A stretch of 39,538 nt of DNA, from positions 1-39,538 of the forward strand of contig NGBS01001213.1 of NCBI GenBank assembly GCA_002245135.1, in the 5' to 3' direction. The translations under genes and the position numbers were made by a program. Of the stretch, positions 1 through 12,504 are shown one piece after another. This stretch comes from Proteromonas lacertae (lineage: Eukaryota). The notes beneath the pieces were generated by a model that made no database searches, was not told the origin of the DNA, and saw only the letters and a program-made list of their open reading frames with translations. Positions within the stretch are counted from its first letter, which is position 1; each line of letters opens with the position of its first letter.

Positions 1-3000
1 ATGATGAACAGATAAAAATAGTCCAATATTTTAACCAATACAATGTTGCTGCTAAAGGGTATAAAATAGCTGTTCTAATGCTGATGAATACCTTACTCAC
101 AAAGATACTACTCTATTTGCTGGTGCTTATATATATCAGGATATTTGATGAATTATCAATCTCCTGAGAATCAAGCATTTTTAACAGCATTAAATCTAGC
201 TTCAGGTGAATATTTAACTGATTCATTGTATATCAGGAATATTCCTGAAAATGATTTTACAGTATATAGATAGTTTATACAAATACCTGTATCGGTTTTT
301 ATTCAAAATATGACATTTAAAAGAATAAATGCATATGTTTCAGAGGATCTTATATATTTATATACAAATCAGTATTTTATGCGAAGTTCCTATTTAGGAG
401 AGGTGCAAGCAAATGGAGATATCAATTTATACACAATTTCAGAAATTACTTTCCTTTAGAGGCATATGACGATTTAGTGTAATAGATCAGAATAGATGTA
501 ATGAAATAGTGAATTAGAGGTAGAAGATGTTTTTTTATAGGATTAATTACTGATAGGTCATTGAAAGCTGAATATATCATTCCCATATTCAACAGTGTAT
601 ATATATCTGCAAATGCAAATAATCTGAGAAAGTAAAAAAAGGCTGATATTACTGGTAGATTCAAATTACTCACATACTCCTGCTGAACAATATGATTATT
701 ATGTAGAGAATAAAATAAAGGTTATTATTTATTATTCACATGGAAATATTATAAACAAAGATATACCTCAATTAGATATCTATCATGAAAATCGTGATGA
801 TTTACCTGTCATTTTCAATATAGGTTACCTTTCAGGTTTATATTGTCATCCAAGAGTATTTAATACAGGTTTAACTGCTCCATCAATCTTAAATTTGATG
901 TTGAATTTGGAAAATGATAGGAAAGATGTGATATTAATTACTGCACTGAGTATAAATATAAATTTTATTATTATTATTATTATTATTAGAGCTGCAAAAA
1001 CACTTAAAACATGCAGAAAATACAATCAAACAGAATAATACTCTGTTAGAATCTTTAATAATTCAGTTGGATAATATTCAGAATTCTGTTCAAAGTATTA
1101 TCACAACAATCGATGGATATAAGACAAAGAATAATATATTAATTATATCAATAACAGCTCCACCATATTCATCTGAATTTATGAAACAATACAGTCGTAA
1201 AGGATATAGTGAAAATCAATTTAAAGTTTATATAATGGGATTATCTTATATTGATTATGTTGATGATAATTCTGTATTTATATATATTATATATGTTATA
1301 TTTTAATAGTGGAAAGATTTTTACACTATAATGTATTTTGATGGTAAATGTGGAAATAATAATCATATATGTGATACATACAAAATAATAAGTCCAAACA
1401 ACTTGATGACTGAAATTGCATATTTTGCTTATTTATCAACTCAGATTGCATATCAAATATTCACTACTTTAACATCAATAACACCTGATAATATTCTATC
1501 TATTTTACCATCGTTAGATATTTACAGCGAAAAAATATAAAGTACAATATACAAGAGAAAATACATTACAATTAATAACAAATTATGCAAGACAGTTGAT
1601 ACAAAAGATTTTACCATCATTCAAGAAATAAAGAAGATAATTGTACAATTATGAATGGTTTCCAGTTCCTCACACTTCATCAACAGTAAATGAGAATATG
1701 TGTATGTGATTGGAGTAAATATAATAGTAATTATACAAAAGAAGGTAAAACTTTGATAATAATCAGTATATTTGAAACAATTCCTCGATTGTTAATGAAT
1801 TCATTATTTACCAGTGACCAATTTAATGTCTGTTTCATTTTATGATACTAAGTATAGATATAGAGTAATAGAATATCAATTGAGTAATAATCCTAAGAAG
1901 TTAAAGACTCAAGTGGAAAAATTAATAGAGAATATAATCCAATCGCATTCTTAGCTGGTGATAATTACATGAAGATGAAGAAACTGATAGAAATAACCAG
2001 TAGAAGAAATAATAACATTTGATTTGTATTTGAATGAGAAAAAATGATTGTTCACCATATCTATTCTATACAAATTTCAACTTTATTCAACTCTATTTTC
2101 CTGTAATCTATTATGCTTTAGACTCAAAATTGAAAAGTTTTTACATAATAACTGATATAGACGATGAGAATGATGATGAAATGTATAAATACATAATAAA
2201 AACACTGAAGAAGTTAGATCAAACAGATATGAAAGTAGTTAGAACTTCAATCAATACAAAATCAATAAGTGATATATTTATTGATATAAGAACTCAATTT
2301 CCAGATGGTAATTGTGGAATATTAGTAAATTTAGATGATGATGAAAAAATATTAGAAGTTGGAGCAGAATTTCAAATCATCAAGACTTCCATTTCCTTCA
2401 TATACACCATCATTAATGAAGTTTAAAGCCTTAAAACAATACATAATCCAAATTAGATAATTTTATGTTTATTTCAGATCATATAAAAGAAAGTGAATCA
2501 AAGTTTGTTAATGTTGTTTTAGATCGTATTACAGAATTTGAAGATATTTATTATGATTATAATTATCTATTATATCCATTATTTTATGCACAATCAATGT
2601 TGACTTTATCGATAAATATGAATTCAAATTGTTTAGAAGAAAAGAATTGTGATATAAATATGAGAAAAAGCTGAATTAAATGTTGGTTTAGATACTCCAT
2701 TGACATTTTCAATCAGTAACCAATTATCTCATTATTTAACTATTATGATAATATATGTAGATTTAAATGGTAATAATAACTTTTTTACTACAAGTAATTT
2801 GAATTATCCATTACCTGCAATAATGTTTATTGAGGAAATAGTCAAGTTTGTGATTGTAGTAAATATGATACAATATTAACAACTTCTTCTACTTCATCTG
2901 CTTCAAACAGTAATGTTACAAACGAATTCATCACGAATAGAATTAAAGTAAGGTTTGGTATGTTGTTTGTAAGATGTGAAAAGTTAAAATATGAATCTGG

Positions 3001-5323
3001 AATGGTTTCTAGGATAATATATGCACTGGGAACTTATTTTAATAATGTTGCTGATACAAAATTTCAATATGAAGGAATAGTAAAACATGCAAATACCGAA
3101 GAAGAGATAAATCAAATATTTGAAGAATTTCATACTAAATATAATATCAAACATGTGTTTGGAGTATTAGGAGGAGTTATGATGGATCATATTGTTAAGA
3201 AATTAGATCAATATGATATGCAATTGTGGTATATTGGATATTGTTATTCATTGGAGAAATGTAGTCCAAGAGTGTTTACATATTCTGCAAATGATTTGTT
3301 GATTACAACAATGTATAACTTTGTTCATACTACAAATCGAAAATTAGTATTTCTAGTATAGTGATATACCAAATAAAGTGAAAATCATTAACAATATAAA
3401 AGAATCAATTTTCATTTTCTGAAAATGTAATATATATTGATATTGAAGATAATACTGACTTCAATAGATAATATAATCAAAGAAATATATTCATTTATGC
3501 CAACAGGTGGTAATATTATAGTATTTAATACATATAATATTGCAGAAAAAGCCAATCAAATTATGAATGTTTTTTCTACTATGCAATTGGGAAGAAATTA
3601 TCAATTCTATGCATTAACATCATTCTTTAATGATAATGCTATATCCGCTAGAAATTACAATATTTATTTTTACACAATATTTGATTTCTTCTTATCTACA
3701 GAACGAAGTAATTTATTTGATAATATCTATCATACAATTTATAGAAAAGATAAGATATTTTATATATATGAGTTATTAGCAGCTGATGCATTTTTCAATT
3801 TCCATGATCAGATCACATCTCATAATCCATATGATTTATATACACTACAAAGAACAATGCTAACTACACAGTTTGATACTGTAAGTGGAATTAATTCTAT
3901 GAAATCTAATCTGTATGAACGTTTGCCTTCAGTTGTAGTAAATATTAGTCAGTCTAATGTAATTAGCTATGTTTCAACAACTAAAACATCAAACATATTA
4001 TATGTTGATTCAAATGTGATGAGAAATTATTGTAATTTCACTGAAGAAAATGAAGCCAGATTTAAGACCCATCAATTTATTCACATTAGGTTTAATACAT
4101 GATGAAACATTTGGAATTGAAAGAGAAATGGTAAAAACATCATTTGAAAGTGGAATTGATAATATAAACAATAAATATGGAGGTATATTAGGAGTTACAG
4201 TTAGTTATAAATCATTAACATATACATCCAATACAAATGAAACAGATTTCATCATATCATTCAGACATTTGATGGATTTGGGTGTTAGAATATTTATTGG
4301 TTATTTAAGTGATCCATTAATAACAATAATATCGAATGAAATTGAAAATGATAATTCAATATTGTTAATTGTAGCGAGTAATACATATATAGCAAAATGT
4401 AATAATAATAATATATTATTCTATGGTGGAAGTATCTATGACTCAATGAATCCTGGACTATTATATATAATCAATAATTGTGAGAATATATTAATGTTAT
4501 ATAGTGTTACTCAAAAACATAAAACTTTGTTAGAAATATATGAAAATATGTTTGTAGAAAATGGAATGGAAATTAGTTATAAACTCGCAATTAGTGATAA
4601 TACTAATCAATATTATAATATATTAAGTTCATTAAATCAATATTTAAGTCACAGTAGTTGTATTGTTACAATTGTATCTCCAAATCAAATTAGTTCATTA
4701 TTAACAGAGTTATATTCCTATAATTTGGTTGGAAGTTCAAGCAAAATCATATGTTTAAATACTGATCCAGGTTTAATCAAATTTAATGCAAGTGATAAAG
4801 TACAACCTACAATAGATACTTATTTCTTTACAATCTTTAATCCAACTGAAGCTAAAGAAGAAGGAGAAGATAATTCAATAACTTATGAAATATTGAATAG
4901 ATATTATGACAAATATGGTAAAAATATAACTCTTTCTAGATTAACCTATAATTTATATACTATACCATTGTTCTTAAGATATTCGACACATACTATACAC
5001 AGTAATGAAGTTAGTGAATTGATTTATACATTTTATAAGATTCCTATTGTAACACCAGCTGGAATAGTTTATATAGGAAAGAATCATTATTTTCAAGGAT
5101 ATTTCTATTTCATAAAATTAGAAGAAGTTGATAAAAGTGATAATGTTACATTGAAGTTTAAAACTGTATTTAAATCTTCATCGCCAGTTAAATCTGAACC
5201 ATTTCCTCCATACAGTGGTAAAAGATGTGAAGTTAGTGATTTACAACCGATTGTAGAACATACAAAGAATAGAATATTGGATAATATTGAAGGAGTTACA
5301 AAAGTACCGAAATAAAAATTGCT
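1..5323 (+). pseudogene. Frame-disrupted N-terminal part of the giant class C GPCR (about 5 more UrtA/AmiC-like PBP domains); runs off the window start. Either assembly indels or true decay.
   Basis: The ORF fragments (1067, 1331, 2034, 2465, 2960, 3437, 4050) carry the same repeat motifs as the downstream ORF, e.g. TNQYFMRSSYLGEVQANGDINF, TPAGIVYIGKNHYF...FKTVFKSSSPVKSEPFP and EKCSPRVFTY. Adding one A at ~4048 and at ~5312 fuses the frames (..PKIKIALVFSIS). Likely introns at 950-989 and 1274-1309. Confidence 0.75.
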
Positions 5324-8300
5324 TTGGTATTTTCTATTAGTCATAATGATAATTACTATGATATTTCTAATTATCTATCTGCCATTGCAGGATATAATTA
5401 TGTACAGAATGAAAATGAAAACTATCAAATCTCTTACAAGTTATTTGATGTAGAAAGTTCACCAACAACAACATGTGAATCATTAATTGATCAAGCGATA
5501 GAAGAAGGATTTAAGATAGTTATAAGTGGTAATTCAAAAGAATGTATGAAGATAATAATCAATAAGATAAAAGATGATCATAAAGATATATTATATTTTA
5601 TTACTACACCAATAACTGGCGAAATATGTTATAAGAACGTAATTATAACATCTGGAGTTCCAAGTCAATATTATTTCAATTCAATTCATTACTATGCTTT
5701 GAATGGATATCTTACTAATATATCATATATATTTTATAATTCAAATGATCAATCAACGATTGATGTAAAGAATATATTGGAGAAATTGTTAAAAGACAGA
5801 CTAGATCGTCCATCTCCATCAATTAGTGTTGATGTGTCAAATGCAACAGAAATGAATGATTCAATGATAGTAATAGAGGCATTTGCTGGAGTAATATTTT
5901 TAGCAACAGATTTAGGAGATTCTCAATCAGTTTTATATGAGTTTTATATAAGAAATTTGGATAGAGATAAGTGGAGAATAATAGCATTATTACTAACAGA
6001 AAAGAATGTTAAAACAATGCCATTCTATTTGAAAGATAGAATTGATATAATAGGTGGTTATTTTAATAAGAATAATGAAGAAGGTGATATGAACCAAGTG
6101 TTTCTAAAGTACTTATATGAATACTCAATGATATCTGAACCATTCAATCAAATGTCAAATATATTTATGGCATTTATAATACTAAATAAATTATTCCAAA
6201 AAATGAAAGATTCAGATATAGTTATGAATAGAAACAATGAAATAACTCAATTCAATTTATCAAGTATTTATTATTCTGATTTTGATAGTCATGAAGGAGT
6301 AACTCAATTAGCATCAAATAATAACATTTTCAATTATTTTCAATTAGTTAGAGTATATGCAAATAATACAGTTGAAATATTAAAGAGGTATTATTTCAAT
6401 GAATATCCATATGCATTTAATTGGGAATTGAACCAAGGGAAAATGTGTGATTTTACAAAAGAAGAATATATTTATACTGTTCCAGTAATTGTAATAGAAA
6501 CAGTAATAATGATTAGAAGTGACAAAGATTATGAAATTTATGGAATGTTCCATGCAATTAAAGAACGATTTAATATATTAGGAAAAGACACAAACGATTA
6601 TTTTGATATAAGAAGCTATTTATTAAGAACTGAATCAGAATGTGATGATTTCGAAGATATAATTAAACAATTCAAATATGATTCAACTGTTTATTTATAC
6701 TTACCAAGTGAATGTTTGAAAAAGTTTATCAATTTGGTGGAAGGAAAAAACTTCAAAGTAACAATAATCAATGAAGTGAATGAGACATTTTGTTTTGAAA
6801 ATGTTTATCATGGTTCATTTGTGCCAAAGAGTAATGTTCCTGTTGTTTTAGAAACATTTTATAATATATTTAGATACTTCATATTAGTAGTGATTCATGA
6901 TAATGATTATGTTAAATTACATCAATATTTTGAGAAGACAGGACAGTATTTATTAATTCCAGAAATATATTCAATGACATTTGATGATATTAAAGAAAGT
7001 AAGAATGAATTGAATGGAATATTAGAAAAATCTATTGACTATAAAGTTGCAATAATGATGGATTCAAGTGATATTGAAGATTTAGATTACATTCTGGATT
7101 ATATAAATAATACACTATTAACAACCAATTCAATAGATGTAAATAATATATTTTATATGTCTCAACATCCTGAAAATAAACCAATGAAATATAAATATTT
7201 ACCTCATTTCTGGAATTTGAATGGAAAGTTTAGTAGTAAGAAGAATAACTATAAATATGACTCTAATAATGATGATGATTTAGAAAATTATATTTCCAAA
7301 GTATTATATGATTTTGATTATACTTCATTATTGCTAAATAAAGAACTTAGTAGAGATGTTGTATCAGAATTGAACATATTATATTTTTGGTACGAATTTA
7401 GAAGAAAATATGGCAAAATAACTCCAAATGATAAACATTTTAGAGAACATGTATATAATTTTAAGTGTTATTCTTATGAAAATGATGGAATGGATAGTAG
7501 AAATGCAATATATATGCAAAGAAACAATTATTTGACAAAATCAATTACAATGTCTTATCATGAATTCAATGGAGAATTGATAGAATATTCATTTTCACCA
7601 AATGGAGCAATATTATTTAGTATGGATGATAATTATGACTTTGATGGTGTTAATAATGGAAATAATAATAAACTTACAGCTTGTATGTGGAATGATGATA
7701 TGAATAGTCATTCAGGTAATAAAGAATTGAATTTATATTACATTGGTTTGATATTACCATTAACTATTGAAGATTATTATACTAATGGAATTCAACGGTT
7801 TATATTGTTAGTCAAACTAGTAGATGATTATAATGATGTAAATTCATTCAGTAGTAATACATATTTAGCTGTAAAATCACATAATATGAAAAAGAGAGAT
7901 GTAAATGAACTACAAAAGTATTTAGATGAAATGCATAAGAATAAGATTAATATAGTATTTACATCTTTTGGATTTTTTGATGTTTCCAAACTTAATCTTT
8001 ATAATGATACACTGTATTTAACAGTTGGATATGATACTCAAATAGTATGTAGAGATAATATCATTCATATGACTAATTCATTAGCAATTATTTCATATTT
8101 ACATGAAAGATCATTTATAAGAGAATCTAATGATGTGATTATATTATATGATTATTCACCCATGTCTAAATTGTTAATATATCATATTGATAAAAGCTTG
8201 AATGATTCAAACCTTTATTATCAACAATTCAATGTATATGATGAGTTATATAAAGATGAAAGTGAGAAAAAAAAGTTATATAATAATATTTACGATTATT

Positions 8301-11300
8301 GTAAATCATCTAAGAATAAGTGTTATATAATTGTTTCAATATATAAAAATGATGTTGGAGAAGAATATAAGTATATATATGAAAGTGGATTATTGACAAA
8401 AATAAAAGATATAATTATATACAATATGTTTTCATTAATGGAAATACCAAATCATGGTTCTTATAAAAAATATTTATGTGATGTAAAATCAATAGTAACC
8501 TATACACCAGCATTACAGAATTCTTCATATTCATTCTTATCAAATGGAACAAAAACATTTCAAAAATATTGTAAAGATTATTTCCCTTATGATAATTACT
8601 ATTCTTCTTCAACAGAAGATATATTTTCAGCATTTAAGATGTTAGAGTTAGTTTTAAACAGATTCACTAGTAATGATGATAAAAATTTATTATTATCTAG
8701 TTATACTTCGAGAGATTATATCACTCAGTTGATAAATCATCAATATTCTAACAGTGGAGTAACGATGTATTTAGGAGGTGATTTATACATTCAAAGGTAT
8801 TATTTCCATACAGAATTTAACTGTGAGTATGAAAATGAAAGAATTATTGATGTAACTAATCAATTAGCACCAAGAGATTATGATAAATATATTGAGAAAT
8901 GTACAACGAGAGAGGTAAATGTTAAAGTAGGATTATTGTTTGATTATTCTGAAGAAAAACAGAAGAAATTATCACATATACTATTAGTATTAATAGATTC
9001 ATTAATTAGAGATAATAACAAATTCAATTCTTCAACAAATGTTCATATTGAATTTAAAGTATTTCCATATTATAATGATGAAAATAAGGACAAGTTAGTG
9101 TTTGATAATCTGTTTGAAGTTAACAATGAATATAAGATATTATTTACATCAAATTCTATGGATGTGATTAGATATTTATTACTCAATTATGAAAGAAAAA
9201 TTCAATACAAATTGATTTATTCGACTGTATTTGTATATCCGCCAATATGTAATAAGAATATATTCTTTATTTCTCCATCAATGAAGAGTAGAATTGAACC
9301 ATCATTGAAATTCAGTCAAAGATTAGGATTTAAGAATATAATGTTATTAATACAAGAAAGTATGGTTGTAAGTGGATATATGGATGATTTGATAGCTTAT
9401 ATAACTAAAAATGTAAAAGAATATATTGAAGATAGTGTAATTGTTAAAACATATGTAATTCCTGTATTTGATGGTATAGAAAATAGTGAAAGAACTAAAC
9501 TAATAAATGAAACAGTAATGTTTATAAAAGAATTTATAAGGAATGATACAATACTAATTTTAAACTCATTAAATGGTAATGAATTAACATTATTTGAAGA
9601 TTTTATTTACATCAATCAAATATCTTATATTAGAGCACTTCAAATTATTTATTATGTTGATGAATATGAATTAGGAACAGATAAAATGCCAAGATTGTAT
9701 GGAAATATAATAACTAGAACATATTTGAATGATAATACCAATATAAACTCAATTAATTTCCAAAACTATGTAAATACTAATGTTGGTAAAATTGATGTTA
9801 TATCTCAGTCAATATCTGATTTTGAAAGTATTTACAAAATATTCATTAATTCATATACTCAAAGTAGAAATCTGATGAAATCTGATGGTTTAGATGTGAA
9901 TGATAATGTAGTTTCCTTAGATTATATTCGAAGAGCTAGTCAATTAATATTAATAGATACATCCTCAGGAACAAAACAAGGAACAGTAACAAATCAATTT
10001 ATTCAAGTAATAAAATTAGCCGAATTAAGTATGTCAGGAATACCAGTATTGGTTGATGATACGAAATTTACTGTAATGAAACATCCAGAAGTTTATTATG
10101 GTGATGTAGCAGAATGTAATGTTGGACCATTATTATTAAGATATGAATTACCAAGTGATAGTTTAATAGCTGTGATAGTAGTAATGGTACTAGTTTCAAT
10201 AGCAATTTATATAGTAATTGGATTTATAATTAAATTCAGAAGATTCAAAATAATAAGAGCAGCAAGTCATACATTTGTAATATATTTCTTATTCAGTGGT
10301 ACAATAGCATTATGGTCAATCATTCCAATGAATATATCTCAATATAGTGATGGAACGTGTATGGTATTTCAAGCAATCTTTTATCTATTATTATTGAATT
10401 ACTCTTGTATAATTGTGTTAAGAACTTGGAGAATTCATGCAGTTTATAACAATAGAGATATGAAAAGGTTAAGAATAAATAATGAGAAGGTATTTATGAG
10501 ATTGTTTTTATATTTATCAATATTTGTGGTATTATCATTAATATGGGGATTGATATATCCATTCTCGAAATATGAAGAAAAAATTTCAACAGATGAAGGT
10601 AATTATTTAGTTTCATATTATATTCCAACATGTAATAGATCAGTTGTATATGATGCAGTGTTTTTTATATTCCTATTATTTATCTTTGTATTAGGTTTAT
10701 ACTATTCCTATACAACTAGAAATTGTGTTGATGATTATAATGATTCAAACACATTAACAGCATGTATTGGATGTTTATTTGTGTGTTTTGTTCTATACTT
10801 CGCTATTGAAATGACATTAACATCATCTCCAGCAGCTAAATTCTTATTAGAGAGTATAGGAATAGTGTTGATTAATATTGGAATAACATTGATTATAATA
10901 ACTCCAAAATTCTATAAAATAGTAAGAGAATATTCATCAATGAAACCATCTTCAGATAATAGTAGTAATAAAGAAAAAGAAGGAATGAAAAAGGATGTAT
11001 ATTCATCAATTCATTTAGCCAATAAAATCAGGCCATTATCTCCACCAGGAAGTAAACCAACAACTGGAAGAACTGATTATGAAACAAATGCAGACACAGC
11101 AACTACCACAACAACTACAACAAATGTTACAAATATAATAGCACAACGAAATGGACCTTATGTGGATCAATTAGTCAATAATCAAAAGATATATGTGAAA
11201 CAGAATAAAGATATGGTTCCTGTAAATAATAGCCTTGGAATGGAATATAATGTATTATCTCAATCAGAACCTGGACTTATGGATGATAGTAAAAATAACC

Positions 11301-11518
11301 AGAGTAATTATGATAGAAATAATACTCCACTTAGACAACCTCATAATTATAGCTTGAATATTTTGCCTAATCATTTAGAAACTAATCTTAATGCAAATCC
11401 AAATAATAAATATCCCATGGTTAGTATGCCAGTGGAAAGGAGGAATGATAATAGTGTTGTTTTGATTAATACGCCAGGATTTGAAACAGATACTATTGAA
11501 ACAGATGAAGTTATGTAG
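5324..11518 (+). CDS. Class C (7tm_3, GABA-B-like) GPCR with tandem type-1 periplasmic-binding (UrtA/AmiC-like) domains; intact 3' part of a gene that starts upstream
   Basis: 2064-aa ORF. Four ~390-aa repeats precede seven hydrophobic helices (~10160-10920) with class C motifs: KFRRFKIIRAASHTF, LRTWRIHAVY, YTTRN..DDYNDS and ITPKFY. A low-complexity cytoplasmic tail follows. Confidence 0.9.
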   Translation: MVFSISHNDNYYDISNYLSAIAGYNYVQNENENYQISYKLFDVESSPTTTCESLIDQAIEEGFKIVISGNSKECMKIIINKIKDDHKDILYFITTPITGEICYKNVIITSGVPSQYYFNSIHYYALNGYLTNISYIFYNSNDQSTIDVKNILEKLLKDRLDRPSPSISVDVSNATEMNDSMIVIEAFAGVIFLATDLGDSQSVLYEFYIRNLDRDKWRIIALLLTEKNVKTMPFYLKDRIDIIGGYFNKNNEEGDMNQVFLKYLYEYSMISEPFNQMSNIFMAFIILNKLFQKMKDSDIVMNRNNEITQFNLSSIYYSDFDSHEGVTQLASNNNIFNYFQLVRVYANNTVEILKRYYFNEYPYAFNWELNQGKMCDFTKEEYIYTVPVIVIETVIMIRSDKDYEIYGMFHAIKERFNILGKDTNDYFDIRSYLLRTESECDDFEDIIKQFKYDSTVYLYLPSECLKKFINLVEGKNFKVTIINEVNETFCFENVYHGSFVPKSNVPVVLETFYNIFRYFILVVIHDNDYVKLHQYFEKTGQYLLIPEIYSMTFDDIKESKNELNGILEKSIDYKVAIMMDSSDIEDLDYILDYINNTLLTTNSIDVNNIFYMSQHPENKPMKYKYLPHFWNLNGKFSSKKNNYKYDSNNDDDLENYISKVLYDFDYTSLLLNKELSRDVVSELNILYFWYEFRRKYGKITPNDKHFREHVYNFKCYSYENDGMDSRNAIYMQRNNYLTKSITMSYHEFNGELIEYSFSPNGAILFSMDDNYDFDGVNNGNNNKLTACMWNDDMNSHSGNKELNLYYIGLILPLTIEDYYTNGIQRFILLVKLVDDYNDVNSFSSNTYLAVKSHNMKKRDVNELQKYLDEMHKNKINIVFTSFGFFDVSKLNLYNDTLYLTVGYDTQIVCRDNIIHMTNSLAIISYLHERSFIRESNDVIILYDYSPMSKLLIYHIDKSLNDSNLYYQQFNVYDELYKDESEKKKLYNNIYDYCKSSKNKCYIIVSIYKNDVGEEYKYIYESGLLTKIKDIIIYNMFSLMEIPNHGSYKKYLCDVKSIVTYTPALQNSSYSFLSNGTKTFQKYCKDYFPYDNYYSSSTEDIFSAFKMLELVLNRFTSNDDKNLLLSSYTSRDYITQLINHQYSNSGVTMYLGGDLYIQRYYFHTEFNCEYENERIIDVTNQLAPRDYDKYIEKCTTREVNVKVGLLFDYSEEKQKKLSHILLVLIDSLIRDNNKFNSSTNVHIEFKVFPYYNDENKDKLVFDNLFEVNNEYKILFTSNSMDVIRYLLLNYERKIQYKLIYSTVFVYPPICNKNIFFISPSMKSRIEPSLKFSQRLGFKNIMLLIQESMVVSGYMDDLIAYITKNVKEYIEDSVIVKTYVIPVFDGIENSERTKLINETVMFIKEFIRNDTILILNSLNGNELTLFEDFIYINQISYIRALQIIYYVDEYELGTDKMPRLYGNIITRTYLNDNTNINSINFQNYVNTNVGKIDVISQSISDFESIYKIFINSYTQSRNLMKSDGLDVNDNVVSLDYIRRASQLILIDTSSGTKQGTVTNQFIQVIKLAELSMSGIPVLVDDTKFTVMKHPEVYYGDVAECNVGPLLLRYELPSDSLIAVIVVMVLVSIAIYIVIGFIIKFRRFKIIRAASHTFVIYFLFSGTIALWSIIPMNISQYSDGTCMVFQAIFYLLLLNYSCIIVLRTWRIHAVYNNRDMKRLRINNEKVFMRLFLYLSIFVVLSLIWGLIYPFSKYEEKISTDEGNYLVSYYIPTCNRSVVYDAVFFIFLLFIFVLGLYYSYTTRNCVDDYNDSNTLTACIGCLFVCFVLYFAIEMTLTSSPAAKFLLESIGIVLINIGITLIIITPKFYKIVREYSSMKPSSDNSSNKEKEGMKKDVYSSIHLANKIRPLSPPGSKPTTGRTDYETNADTATTTTTTTNVTNIIAQRNGPYVDQLVNNQKIYVKQNKDMVPVNNSLGMEYNVLSQSEPGLMDDSKNNQSNYDRNNTPLRQPHNYSLNILPNHLETNLNANPNNKYPMVSMPVERRNDNSVVLINTPGFETDTIETDEVM

Positions 11519-11557
11519 ATGTTGTTTAAAAATGGTATTATTATTTATTAACTTTTT

Positions 11558-11565
11558 TGTTTGTT
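11558..11565 (+). promoter_or_regulatory. TGTTTGTT, Blastocystis-type downstream polyadenylation motif (GPCR 3' end)
   Basis: Exact motif about 40 nt after the stop codon, in the sense orientation. Confidence 0.5.
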
Positions 11566-11666
11566 TTTTGTTGAACTTGGTTATTCAAAATAGAATCAAT
11601 TTTTCGTTAAAATTCTATTTTGAATTTTTTCATAAATCTGTTGCTAAGCTTTATATATTTGCATAT

Positions 11667-12387
11667 ATGTTTAATAAATTGTATAATTGAGGTTATATCT
11701 ATACGTAAAATAGAAGTTCAGTTAAATATTTTGCTACTTTGACCAAACCAACAAATCCTTTCTCAATAACAGCATCAATTCTTGCATACTTATTTCAAGT
11801 ACCAAAATATTCACCAAAAGAATCAAATCCTTGGAATACTTTAACAAATTTTGGTTATTTTAATAGAGTTTATAATGTGAATTTAAAATGTGATAGATCC
11901 ATTGTCGAAAGTACATTAATAGTAAAACCTACAAACAGAGCAGATTTATATGTATAATTAAAAAACTATGTCATTATAGATTGATAATAAAGAGTATGAA
12001 AATATTGAATGGATAGAAAGTGATAATAATGTAATAAAAACCATTATAAATAAGAATAAATATCAATTTAAATATACAAACGAATTTAATTCATTTAAGG
12101 TTAGTGATTTGGATAATAATGTATTTTCATATAGTGTAATCCCATTTACACCCAAGAATCCTGCTTTTGAGCCATCTAACGAATTAAAATCCAAAATGAC
12201 AGGTCAAATTACTGAATTGAAGTGCAAAGTGGGTAATGTTGTTAATAAAGATGATGTGATAGGGTATTTAGAATCAATGAAAATGAAAGATGCGCTATTA
12301 GCTCCAAAAACAGGAAAGATTTCAAAAATACTTCACGGAGATGGTGAAATCGTTGAAGGAGGTGATACAATATTAATTGTTGATTAA
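11667..12387 (+). CDS. Stand-alone biotin carboxyl carrier protein with a probable mitochondrial/MRO presequence
   Basis: ATG at 11667; introns 11681-11713 and 11952-11979 give MFNKLSSVKYFATLTKP... The C-terminal biotinyl domain reads KSKMTGQI...VGNVV...LESMKMKD.LLAPKTGKI...G.IVEGGD. Confidence 0.85.
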
Positions 12388-12465
12388 ATGTTTTTTATAT
12401 TAAATAATAAATAATAAAAAACAAAGAAATATATAGATATATATAACAAAAAAATGTAAGTTATT

Positions 12466-12473
12466 TGTTTGTT
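12466..12473 (+). promoter_or_regulatory. TGTTTGTT downstream polyadenylation motif (biotin-carrier gene 3' end)
   Basis: Exact motif about 80 nt after stop 12387, in the sense orientation. Confidence 0.45.
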
Positions 12474-12504
12474 ACAGGAAAAATTATCATTTCAAATACT
12501 ATTC

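Noticed and set aside
5307..5323. Euplotes-style programmed frameshift at AAA-TAA
   Set aside because: Other breaks in the gene do not share the motif, and their density gradient fits indel error or decay better.
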